A DNA stretch of 54,065 nucleotides, counting the filler, from Sphacelaria rigidula (lineage: Eukaryota): the NCBI GenBank assembly GCA_964200075.2. It is 5 parts of 5 records of this genome, joined end to end, with 100 filler letters (N's around TTAATTAATTAA, not from the genome) between each part and the next. Parts side by side here need not be neighbours in the genome. Positions count along the whole stretch, not along the records: positions 10,835 to 21,568 come from CAXNAA020006011.1; 4 more parts are not named here. One strand, 5' to 3'. Positions within the stretch are counted from its first letter, which is position 1, and the number at the start of each line of letters is the position of its first letter. Under the pieces are notes generated by a model, which saw only the letters and a program-made list of their open reading frames with translations, was not told the origin of the DNA and ran no database searches. Positions 11,032 through 21,668 of the stretch are shown piece after piece. The position numbers were made by a program, and so were the translations under genes.

Positions 11032-12193
11032 GAAAGCAAGAAAATATGCAAACCAAATCGCAAACTAGCATAGAATGACCACCTACCGATGACAAAACAT
11101 TCTTGAAGTCATCCTACTCTTGAATCCTGGTGGTTCTATCAAGATTCGATATGCAATCGAAGGAAACATTTGAAGGGAAAACGTGCTTCTTTTCAGCACT
11201 GCGGCTCGTGTTGAAGTAGAAGCTGGGGAGCTGATGACGTTGTCGTCCTGGACGTGGCTTGTTCATTGGCGTTCGGATGCTAGAGTGGGTGACGCGCGTG
11301 TCGAGGTATATTACCGTTGCCGATCTTGGGTACCGCGTACTGCTCTGGTTAGCTCAAAAATAAAAAATAAAGATGAATCCATGCCTTCGGGGCTCCTCCG
11401 CCCATCTGGGATGAAAGCTGGGAAGCTGTGATTTTGTTGTCCTTGATGCAGCTGCCCACTGGCGTTTGGATGCTAGTGTTGGTGACACGCGTGTCCGGGG
11501 GTGTTTCCGCTGCCGATCTTGGGTACACCGTACTGTCCAGTTAGCTCTTGTGGTGCTGCGATGCTGTCCTTTGATGTTGTTGTCCTTCTTGTTGTCTGCG
11601 TGATGCTCGTTTCGATGCCTCGTTGAAAAACCCGTTTTAACTCTCCTTTTGAATACCGTAGAGATATTTTATATCATGTTTGACGTTTTAAAAAAACCTT
11701 GAGGTCGCCTGAGCGAAGCGTAGCCTGATCTAAGCCTACGACGTGTAAATCCCTAGCAGTCCGTACATGAGCCCTGACCTAGGTCATGCTAGCATAATTG
11801 CAAGCCTCATGCACCGGGTGCATTGTCGCGGAAAGTTGTAGGCCTGCCAGGGTCAGTTGAGACCAGGTATCATCTATGTAATGAATTCACCCATATTTGC
11901 CCACTCACACACACGCACTGAAACCACCACTGAATCAGAACACACCGAACGAACACCGAACTGAATCAAGTGGGGCGGGAAGTCGTTCGTACAAAATCAC
12001 ATGTCATGATTCCATATTTTTGGCACGCGAAAAGGCGTGTGCCCCAAGTGGATTTGTACTGCAAGTACTACATCGGGTATACCTCAAATAACAGGACTAG
12101 TCTCTTCTTCGTACTTCCCCCGTATGTCATGACCCAATCTTGATATCCATTTCCCCTGTATCCAGGCAGATCCTGGAGCGTAAGTATAATCGA
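11032..12193. repeat. 1162-bp direct repeat, copy 1 (probable internal region of a non-autonomous LTR element)
   Basis: Colinear and near-identical to 16157-17318, with scattered substitutions only. Confidence 0.93.
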
Positions 12194-13265
12194 CTAGCCT
12201 CCCTGATTACGGCTCTAGGACTGATGGTTTATCCTGAATACATAGTACCCCATTCTCAAAACGGGAAAATATTTCATGATCTTTCGGACATGAATCCAAC
12301 ACTATATTACCAAGAACTGAAAAAGAAAACCGGATCCCGTCAGGAAAAAGGCTTTCCAGTCACGCAAAGACGTCGCAAGCTCGTCTACGTTAGCAATCGA
12401 AAGCTCAAATCCTGAATATAATCAGACCTTCGTAACCTATCCGTGCTCAACTTCAACAATTGTTTGCGTCAGTCAGCACAAAACAAATATAAATATGTGT
12501 ATCAATCTCAATCATTACCAGTTCCCAAATCTTCCTTGAAACAACCCAAAATCACACATGAATGCACAGTGGACACCCTTTTCATACTCCTTAGTTACCA
12601 AGATGACATTCGAGAAACACCCTCAACCTTCCAACACTCGAATATGTCAAAAACGCACTATTCTCATGGTAACAAGATGCTGTTGTCTATGTGAAATTCG
12701 ATTCAACATACGGTCTACAACACGGTCTACATCAGGCAAGTGTCTACAGTCAACATGTCCAGTGACCGAGATATCATCCCACTGAACAATAACATGACTC
12801 CTCTGAATAGTATGCAAAATAAACACTGCAAAAGGAAAACTTGCAGTAGTGGTCTGTGTACCACTTCCCTTCGAGTTTAAGAACAAAATTCAAATTCAAA
12901 TCAAATCAAATCAAGTTCAAATCGCTAAAACTATAGGTATGCTCCGATACAAAAATATCTAGATTTCCCATCTGTCCCAACATAAGAACACAAGACCTGC
13001 TTCTGTTTGTACCACTCTGTATCCTAGAAAAGCAAGACACAGTCACTTTCAAAATATCATTAGCCCCCCTGATGTCGACTATCTATCAACTGCCTAGAAT
13101 AGTTGATATAACCCACATCAGTGGAAACTTGCAAGCTTGGATCCCTTCATGTCAGAACACGAAAACCATACTTTCTGAACCTCGTTCATTTCATAGACCC
13201 TAAAATACCCAGAGGAAACTTGTGTACCAGTACACTCGTGCATTTCACAACGACTTGTACTGCTT

Positions 13266-13513
13266 AACACTTTCTACGATAGCCCCCCCCAAAAAAGCGC
13301 ATGGTTTTGGGAGGCAAAATCTTCACGTAAATCGAACTGGGAGAAGCCGAGCACAACGAGAAGCCGGGAATTCCCACGTTTGGGTTCGTTCTAGCGAATG
13401 CCGCTGATATGAGGCGCTTCATGCAGGCTGAACCCCAACATCAGGCGCTGAATGACCATTGTTTTCGTGGCACTTTTAGCTGGTTTAGGGGGGGGGCTAT
13501 CGTAGAAAGTGTC
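13266..13513 (+). mobile_element. Complete 248-bp MITE with ~24-bp TIRs and a probable 3-bp TSD (CTT)
   Basis: Left end (a)ACACTTTCTACGATAGCCCCCCCC, right end GGGGGGGGCTATCGTAGAAAGTGTC. CTT at 13263-13265 and 13514-13516. Confidence 0.88.
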
Positions 13514-14814
13514 CTTATATCCTATCAGGGAGAAACTCGGAACATAAAACCAAACTCTGCAAGCACTAAAAGTGTTGTAACCAAAATTAGCGGTTGATCA
13601 GCCCACTTATTTTCGAGTTCCTGATCTTTGATGCAAATTATTCTCGTCGTCCGGCCCGATAAATTCCCAAAATCGTCAAACTCATCATCCCACTCTTAAA
13701 ACATTTTCCTTTCACAAAAAATCAATCCCTGTATACCAGAGTCCAAGTGCATGTGAAGAAGTCGAATAAGAAGTTACTCTGCATGAACAGTATACTCACC
13801 CAAATATCAGGACGGATATTACTCCTTGAATAAACGCCACACCCTGGATAGAACATAACATAAATTACTCCGTATTAAAACGCCCCCCCCTGATTCAATA
13901 CTACATATTGATTTGCAGGGAGTTTTGCTTCCAGGTAGTACATGAAAACATAACATCAATGACCCCAGAGTCAGTTCTCGTGAGTATCCTGGTGCATAGT
14001 CAGCCCCGCATGTTGAACGGCGGGTGGATAGTCAATTGTTTAGTGACACCCAAGACTAAAAACCGTTCCACTCTCGGAAGTATACTCGAGGTTGAATCCA
14101 CGCCATGTTCTTTCCACAATTGAAAATATCCAATCCAAAATCCAGAGCCGGCGAATCAATTTGTCGAAACCGTTTTAGTGCGGATCTCAAAAGATCAAAT
14201 TCCCTCTCGAAATCCATGACCGACGGATCAAGTTGTCCAAATACTCCGCCGTGGATCACCCCATCACATGATATTTCTCCCAAAATACTCCGCTGTGGAT
14301 AACCCCATCAGATGAGTTTTCTTCGTTTTTAATTACCCGAAAAGATAATCATGGAAGCAAATAGTCAATTTCCCCCCATTATTTTATTTCTCGATAATTC
14401 CAAAATCATTGCAATAATGTGAAGGATCGAGTTTAAAAAATCATAACCAAACTACGGTAGTACTTCGTAGGGCGTAGGGAACAAAACTAGAACAAACAAA
14501 AAAATGCAACCACGGGGCGTTTCACATGGTTGGCATGTCACGTTGCTGCGAACAACGAGACGAAAATATTCCGAATCAAAACGCCTGGGTTCGAAAGCAG
14601 TTGCCTCGCCATAGAGAGTGGCTCGCAGCACCGGGGGCAGGGCACGCGTGCTGTAAAAAATAATCGCAGAAATAAGTCGTCCGTTGTATTTCATGCAAAA
14701 AATCGAAAAATATTCGAAGACATCGTATGTGCGTCATATCAAAGATGAAATTCCTCCCCTATAAACCCATGCGTCTTTCCTCGCAACGCTGTCAAAAATA
14801 TTTCACAGTATCAT

Positions 14815-15058
14815 GCCGTGGGTACACAAAATCTGCCCTAACGGTCGACGAGCGGACCCCCAGCAGGGGAAGGGACTGCGCTTACCTTCCCTTGCAAAAA
14901 AATATATATACGCAGGCATCCCAGGAGGTGGAGTACCAACTAAAAACAAGGAACGAGAACAAATCCTGTACCCTTCTTTCAGACTCCGGCTAGTGTGCCC
15001 ACATATACCGAAAGGTGTAAACCTGCATCCAGAATGGATGGGACGACAACTCACACAC
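14815..15058 (+). repeat. Dispersed ~240-bp SINE-like or LINE-3'-end repeat (second copy inverted at 25283-25512)
   Basis: Its reverse complement shares GTTGTCGTCCCATC..TTCTGGA..TACACCTTTC.GTATAT.TGGGC.CAC.AGCCGG.GTC..CAGGATTT..CTCCACCT..CTCGTCGA with 25283-25512. Ends in an AC-repeat tail. Confidence 0.7.
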
Positions 15059-15143
15059 GCAGTGCCAGGACTAAAACAATTCAACTGCACGCAATGTAGA
15101 TCACACAAGTTCGTCAAGCTATACTATACTGTAAATCAATGAG

Positions 15144-15835
15144 TGTTGATTAACCGGGGAAGCATGGGAATTTCAGACAGTACATGCTTGCTCAACGTGT
15201 TTCCTCTACATGACACGCTTGTATGCGGGGAACTATGTACGCTCTACAAACAGCATATATATGTATATGGCTTCCCAAAGTATACCTATGAATCCAAGAT
15301 TGATCAGCATGCTCAACATACAATCTGTAGAAACGAGAAAACGAAAGTCACGCATTGGTACGCATTTGCCCGCAGCATGAGAAATGTACCGTCATTGCGG
15401 GACATGATACTTCGATCATACGCCAACAATACACAGCAGACTGTAATGCAGTACGGTCTACAAGCAGTGATTAGCCTTGAGAACAGCACACAGAATCAGT
15501 TGACATGAGATAATGCTACTTGGAATCATACATAACTATACTTCGCAATTCCGTTTCTGTTTGCAATCGGCGTGCTCAACGTGTTTCTTCAGCGCTCAAT
15601 TTCTGTGAACACAAAAACAACCGCATCTCATATCACCAGCCAATGTGATTTTGCCCTGCTGTACTGTACATCGCGGTCAGTTGAAGTCCTGACTTTCAAT
15701 CCATACAGTTTGGAACACAAGTGGTTGTGCACACAAGGCAACATGTCTGTATAACGCAACATCTCTCGTCGAAGTCATCTCGAGTAAAAGATGTAAGTTC
15801 AACTACCGTAGATGACGGAATTTAACACCCCCTTC
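15144..15835 (-). mobile_element. Putative LTR (TGTT...AACA, 15144-15827) with adjacent minus-strand polypurine tract
   Basis: The minus strand reads GAAGGGGG|TGTTAAATT at 15835-15819. The other boundary (TGTTGATT at 15144) is only tentative. Confidence 0.35.
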
Positions 15836-16156
15836 TACAGTCAAGGGGATCATATCATTGTGCAGTGGAGAAAGGAAAAAACCAAAGTCTCAAACAGATA
15901 AGAACCAAAGTAGGGCACACATAGAATACTCCAAAATCACACTTGCGCTCCGTCTCACTACAGAGCGAGCAGGGCGTGATGTTGAATGAAAGAAACAAGG
16001 GATAAAGGGAAGGGCAATATATTGCCAATAAAAACAATCCGACAGTACGCCTTCAAAATGAATATTTGACATGGTACACGTGACGAGGTATCAACTGAGT
16101 GTGGCGTTGTATAACACCCCCAGTTCAACAGAAGAACAAGGACATATGACACTCTA

Positions 16157-17318
16157 GAAAGTAAGAAAATATGCAAACCAAATCGCAAACTAGAATAGAA
16201 TGACCACCTACCGATGACAAAACATTCTTGAAGTCATCCTACTCTTGAATCCCGGTGGTTCTATCAAGATTCGATGTGCAATCGAAGGAAACATTTGAAG
16301 GGAAAACGTGCTCTTTTTTAGCACTGCGGCTCGTGTTGAAGTAGAAACTGGGGAGCTGATGACGTTGTCGTCCTGGACATGGCTTGTTCATTGGCGTTCG
16401 GATGCTAGAGTGGGTGAGGCGCGTGTCGAGGTATATTACCGTTGCCGATCTTGGGTACCGCGTACTGCTCTGGTTAGCTCAAAAATAAAAAATGAAGATG
16501 AATCCATGCCTTCGGGGCTCCTCCGCCCATCTGCGATGAAAGTTGGGAAGCTGTGATTTTGTTGTCCTTGATGCAGCTGCCCACTGGCGTTTGGATGCTA
16601 GTGTTGGTGACGCGCGTGTCGGGGGGTGTTTCCGCTGCCGATCTTGGGTACACCATACTGTCCAGTTAGCTCTTGTGGTGCTGCGATGCTGTCCGTTGAT
16701 GTTGTTGTGCTTCTTGTTGTCTGCGTGATGCTCGTTTCGATGCCTCGTTGAAAAACCCGTTTTAACTCTCCTTTTGAATACCGTAGAGATATTTTATATC
16801 ATGTTTGACGTTTTGAGAAAACCTTGAGGTCGCCTGAGCGAAGCGTAGCCTGATCTAAGCCTACGACGTGTAAATCCCTAGCAGTCCGTACATGAGCCCT
16901 GACCCAGCTCATGCTAGCATAATAGCAAGGCTCATGCACCGGGTGCATTGTCGCGGAAAGTTGTAGGCCTGCCAGGGTCAGTTGAGACCAGGTATCATTT
17001 ATGTAAGGAATTCACCCATATTTGCCCACTCACACACACGCACTGAAACCACCACTGAATCAGAACACACCGAACAAACACCGAACTGAATCAAGTGGGG
17101 CGGGAAGTCGTTCGTACAAAATCACATGCCATGATTCCATATTTTTGGCACGCGAAAAGGCGTGTGCCCCAAGTGGATTTGTACTGCAAGTACCACATCG
17201 GGTATACCTCAAATAACAGGACTAGTCTCTTCTTCGTACTTCCCCCGTATGTCATGACCCAATCTTGATATCCATTTCCCCTGTATCCAGGCAGATCCTG
17301 GAGCGTAAGTATAATCGA
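16157..17318. repeat. 1162-bp direct repeat, copy 2
   Basis: Matches 11032-12193 and lacks the MITE that abuts copy 1. Confidence 0.93.
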
Positions 17319-17954
17319 TTACCTGGGCCGTCACGCCCAAACACAGTCAAGTGTATCGACCGTCGAGCTCGACTTTACCGGGTGCGGAGTCAACCCATGT
17401 TCGCACGGTCGGGCAATATACCCGATTAGCCGCTCAGACGCCAGAACAACATATGTTGCATGGAGGTCAGGCTTACATTGTGAAAAGACCAGAGACCTCT
17501 CTGGTACCGCAGTCGGTGATGACGTAGATGCTCTTGTATTACCGGCGTACAGGCTAACGTGTGCTTCGCTAGTTGAGATGCTAGTCCAAGAACGTTGTGC
17601 CACATGCGGGCACACAGCCAGATTCCACCACACAATGTAGTATGACCCATCAGATACCAAGCATGACAAAGTATGACACGTGGAACCTAGTCGACTGGAA
17701 AATGACCAATCCATCTGTAACAGGTCAGCTGTGCTGGACAAGCGCAGGGGGGTGACGAAATCCCTGTGTTCATGCAACCCGTAACAGAGAGTTACCTCAA
17801 AGGATGCACCTGTGAAGTACCGGCGCAGGAATGTCCTTGTGACAGGGATGACAGAGACGTTCTTGTGACAAGGATGCATCCCTGCACAAGTACTTCGCAG
17901 AGGGGACCTACAGAAATGCACGTGAACAATCGTTGGTACTATGGAGATGCCGCC

Positions 17955-18217
17955 AACCCTAACGCTGACCCTGACACTAGCATCGACCAAGGCATACCGA
18001 GAACTCTCGGGCAAGGGGGATGCAGTTTCCTAGGTAAAGCGTGCGTTGCGAGAGCTCAAATCGACGCCTTTGAGCCGATTTTGGACCAAAACACGTTCTG
18101 GACGACCTTGTTCTACTGCTCACCACTGCTCACCCGCCCGAAATCATGAATTTTCTCAGAACTCTGTTCAGTCTGAAACCAAGTAAAATCGAGTACCGAT
18201 CATTTTTCATGTACATT
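17955..18217 (+). repeat. Dispersed repeat, probable DNA-transposon end beginning with CCCTAA-like units
   Basis: ACCGAGAA..CTCGGGCAAGG...AAATC.ACGCCT...AAAACACGTTCTG...AAACCAAGTAA shared with 32955-33175 (+) and 33795-33935 (-). Confidence 0.65.
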
Positions 18218-18550
18218 TCTTTAGGTCTTGTTGCAGGTTAAGGGCAACGCCCGGTTAAGGGCAACTTTTCGCCTAAGGGCGAGCGGTCCGGATTAAGGGC
18301 AAGCGCCCCTGACTATGGGGAAGCGCCCCTGACTATGGGGAAGCGCACCTGACTATGGGGAAGCGCCCCTCACTATGGGGAAGCGCACCTGGGTAAGGGG
18401 AAGCACACCTGGGTAGGGGGAAGCGCACCTGGACACGGGCAAGCGCCTCTGATTATTGGCGTCTGCCCCTAGCGACGGAGAAGCGATACACGTATCGTCA
18501 ACATATTCCCGAATCAGCCGAAGAATGCCAAACTGTCTAGGGCGTGCTAA

Positions 18551-18656
18551 GGACCCACGATACGTGTGTCTCTGGCTCGTGGGCACACGGTACAGGTGTC
18601 TCTCGCTTGTGGGCACGCGATACCGGTTAGGGTTAGGGTTAGGGTATCCTGGATCC
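18551..18656. mobile_element. 106-bp Tourist/PIF-Harbinger-like MITE containing (TTAGGG)3, nested in the left foldback arm
   Basis: TIRs GGACCCACGATAC and GTATCCTGGATCC with flanks TAA/TTA. The right arm shows the empty site GCGTGCTAAGTGTAATGCG. Confidence 0.75.
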
Positions 18657-18789
18657 TTAGTGTAATGCGTGAGAGGACCGCGTGCTTACAGGACCGCGCC
18701 GTAGTTCAAAACACCTCAGGATCGACGTTTTTCAAAACCAATCCGACCAGTCCTTGCAGGTACTACGCCCCTGACCATAACCCCGACAC

Positions 18790-18848
18790 TAACCCTGACC
18801 CTGATCCTGACCCTGACCCTAACCCTAACCCTAATCCTAACCCTAACC
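18790..18848. repeat. Interstitial telomere-like (CCCTAA/CCCTGA)n tract
   Basis: AACCCTGACCCTGATCCTGACCCTGACCCTAACCCTAACCCTAATCCTAACCCTAACC. Confidence 0.85.
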
Positions 18849-19293
18849 ATAGAGATATTCAAATTCCGATGCGATCCTCTAAGCACGCGGCCCTCTCACG
18901 CATTACACTTAGCACGCCATAGACAGTTTGGCATTCTTCGGCAGATTCGGGAATATGATGACGATACGTGTATCGCTTCTCCGTCGCTAGGGGCATATGC
19001 CAATATTCAGGGGCGCTCGCCCGTATCCAGATGCCCTCCCCCCTACCCAGGTGCGCTTCCCCTTCCCCGGGTGCGCTTCCCCCTACCCAGGTGCGCTTCC
19101 CCATAGTCAGGGGCGCTTCCCCTTACCCAGGTGCGCTTCCCCATAGTCAGGGGCACTTGCCCCTAATCCGGGCCGTTCCCCCCTAACCAGGGGCGCTTCC
19201 CCCCTACAGGAGCGCTTGCCTTTAATCCGGACCGCTTGCCCTTAAGCGAAAAGTTGCCCTTAACCGGGCGTTGCCCTTAACCTGCAACAGATC

Positions 19294-21568
19294 TGTTGGA
19301 ATAATTCGTGGTCGTGGCACTGTCCTTACGACAGGTCAACTACTGTTCAGCGAACAATAGTATGCAGAGGTTGCACCGTGGTTGATTAGACCACTTGCTT
19401 CCGCAGCTTCAGAATAAAATCAGTGAGACGAATGGTTGATTGGGCGCTTAGTTGGCCAAGAAAAGCAGAACTCGCAGTTTCCTCTCCAAGCGGAGAACTG
19501 ATGGTAGTGAAGGAGAGTGACTGTAGAGGGTGGTGAGGACCACCGACTGCAATTGCTCAATCCTTGGAACAAAAAACAAAGCTCTAGACGTACGTAGACT
19601 AAAACGCGTCCTTGACTCTGACGTGTTGGGTTGCCAGCTCACAGACTGGATTCTTACTCAAGCTACAGCACTCTCAAACAATGGCAGCACACTGCCTTGT
19701 TCTACAAGCTTACGTGGCAAATCTGACAGGACATTGAACTCAAGTATCTACAGAAAAAACAGTACTTGAACCTTTGGTCAATATTGGGTGGCTCCTAGTT
19801 GAACCGACACGTATTGCCCCGCTAATCTGCTACAGAGTAAAACCTCACACGCAAAAGATATACAGCTAGATTGCTGGCTGTGTAAATTTCCAACACACCC
19901 CCTTGAGTTGTACGTGGGTAGCAAATCAAATTTCAATCAAATCGTGTACTAGACAAATGAACAAAAAATACCACAAAGCGCACTGTACTGATGTCAAAAA
20001 AATCAGCTACAGGGTACGCTGTGCTCATGGGTAAAACTCAGCTCAAATCAAACCACAAAATCATCCAAAGATACGCTGAGCTGATATGTAGAAATCAGTA
20101 TGTTTATCATGCGTGCAGGTGTGTGTATACGTTTACTTGAAGAAATGTCGTCACTGGTAGAATTTCATCCCTAGACATAAGTACTCAGGCTATTTGCATG
20201 ACATCACAATTTTGGTGCCTGCTATAAATTAAACGATTTTGCGCAACATACAGCACTTCACATGGCATGCAAGTATCAAAGCACATGCACTCAGGTACTC
20301 AACAACCTTAAATCCAGAGATAGTGCTCATATTGTGAACAGTCCGCACTCATAAATAAAAAACGATTGATAAATCTAAATCTCTGTCTTACGTAGACAGT
20401 CTCGTAGGGAGCGGTGTCAGCTGCGTATCCTACTGCAGTTAATGCTCGACTCAAAGCATGTTCCCCTAGTGCGCAAACATGAGCTACTGTACACAGGTTG
20501 TTGAACTAATGAAGTACACATACGGTGTACTCATGACACACAGTTTTCAAATAAATCAAGATCCTGCACGCACGCAGTCCTATGATTCCGTACTGTACGC
20601 AAGTCAATACATATATCCTATACGCAAGTCAGTACATACATTATAATATACGAATCAAGTACGTACCGTGATATATTGCCCTGCTACCGATCAACCATTT
20701 CGTTTTCTGGCTAGCAATGTGTGATGTTGTAGTGGCGCTCGTTGATCTTGTTCGGTCCGTTCTGGGCAGTGTCGTAGAATAGTTGCTCCCCTTATTCCGT
20801 GTCCTCACTCCGTCGCAGTTGTTGCAGTATGTAGTGGTGGTGTGAAATCCTGAAGGGTGAAGCGCAGCGACCTAATCGCACGAAGTGTTCCGTTTCAAAT
20901 GAAATGCCGGAAGTTCACTTGACGCCACTATGCTGTAGAATGCCCTGTGCTCCGACGTGAGTGATGTTTCTGGTGATGATGCTGAAGTGCGCTGAAGACG
21001 TGTCTCTGGATACTGGCTTCTTGATAGTGGATGCTGTTCTCGGGCTTGTTGAAGTCGCTCGGAATGGTTGCTTCTTGAAGAAGCAGGTGATTTTCATTTG
21101 TTTTCGTGATGATCGTGTTGACTGGTTGTGATTTTCTGTACCGCGCATTTTGCGTGCAATGTCCCTCGGAGGTTGAATTGCCCCGCTTTCTACGTGTGCA
21201 GATGGAGTATCTGGCACCTGCTGGAGTACTGATGATGAGTCTGCTTTCTTGATGCCAAGTGTTTCTCTGGCATACTCTGATGATGTATCTATAACGCCTA
21301 AGCTGCCCTGGTGTCGTACCTTGGGCTGCTGGTGCTGCCGTGGCTGGTGCTGGTGCTGTAGTTTATGATGGCGATGGCGATGGTGATGATGATGATAATG
21401 ATGACGGTGACGAGAAGGATGATCGCGATGCTTCTGCGGTGAAGTTGTCGATCTTCTTGAACTCCTGTTGTAGTCTCCTCGTCTATTGAAGTCGACACGT
21501 TTATCCTTTTCGTAAAATTTCGGCTTTTCTCCCCTCGTTCTGTTGTATGCAGATGTAGGCTTGACCCA
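19294..21568 (-). mobile_element. 3' LTR (19294-19895), PPT and non-coding internal region of an LTR retroelement, truncated by the gap
   Basis: Perfect 8-bp inverted LTR ends TGTTGGAA...TTCCAACA (602 bp). Minus-strand PPT TCAAGGGGGTG immediately upstream (19896-19906). No recognisable pol in the adjacent 1.6 kb. Confidence 0.75.
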
Positions 21569-21668
21569 NNNNNNNNNNNNNNNNNNNNNNNNNNNNNNNN
21601 NNNNNNNNNNNNTTAATTAATTAANNNNNNNNNNNNNNNNNNNNNNNNNNNNNNNNNNNNNNNNNNNN
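21569..21668. other. Assembly gap with artificial linker
   Basis: N44-TTAATTAATTAA-N44. Confidence 0.97.

Larger units (their letters stand above)
18229..19289. mobile_element. Foldback element with ~400-bp TIRs built partly from 20-bp tandem units, TGTTG...CAACA ends and a telomere-like spacer
   Basis: TGTTGCAGGTTAAGGGCAACGCCCGGTTAAGGGCAACTTTTCGC at 18229 and its reverse complement ending at 19289. Arms pair to about 18698/18871. Units such as GACTATGGGGAAGCGCCCCT repeat in both arms. Flanks are GGTCT/GATCT. Confidence 0.9.

Noticed and set aside
12647-12886. VIVQWDDISVTG as a Copia RT YVDD motif
   Set aside because: Isolated resemblance with no other RT motifs in the flanks.
17331-18014. 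227-aa minus-strand ORF
   Set aside because: No recognisable domain, and it starts within a dispersed repeat end.
18300-18450. Regular 20-bp repeats as a CRISPR-like array
   Set aside because: Head-to-tail units with no unique spacers, mirrored in the opposite TIR arm, in a eukaryotic context with no cas genes.
18627-18848. Chromosome end or telomere fusion site
   Set aside because: The two short opposing tracts belong to separate nested elements (mini-MITE and foldback spacer) and are degenerate.
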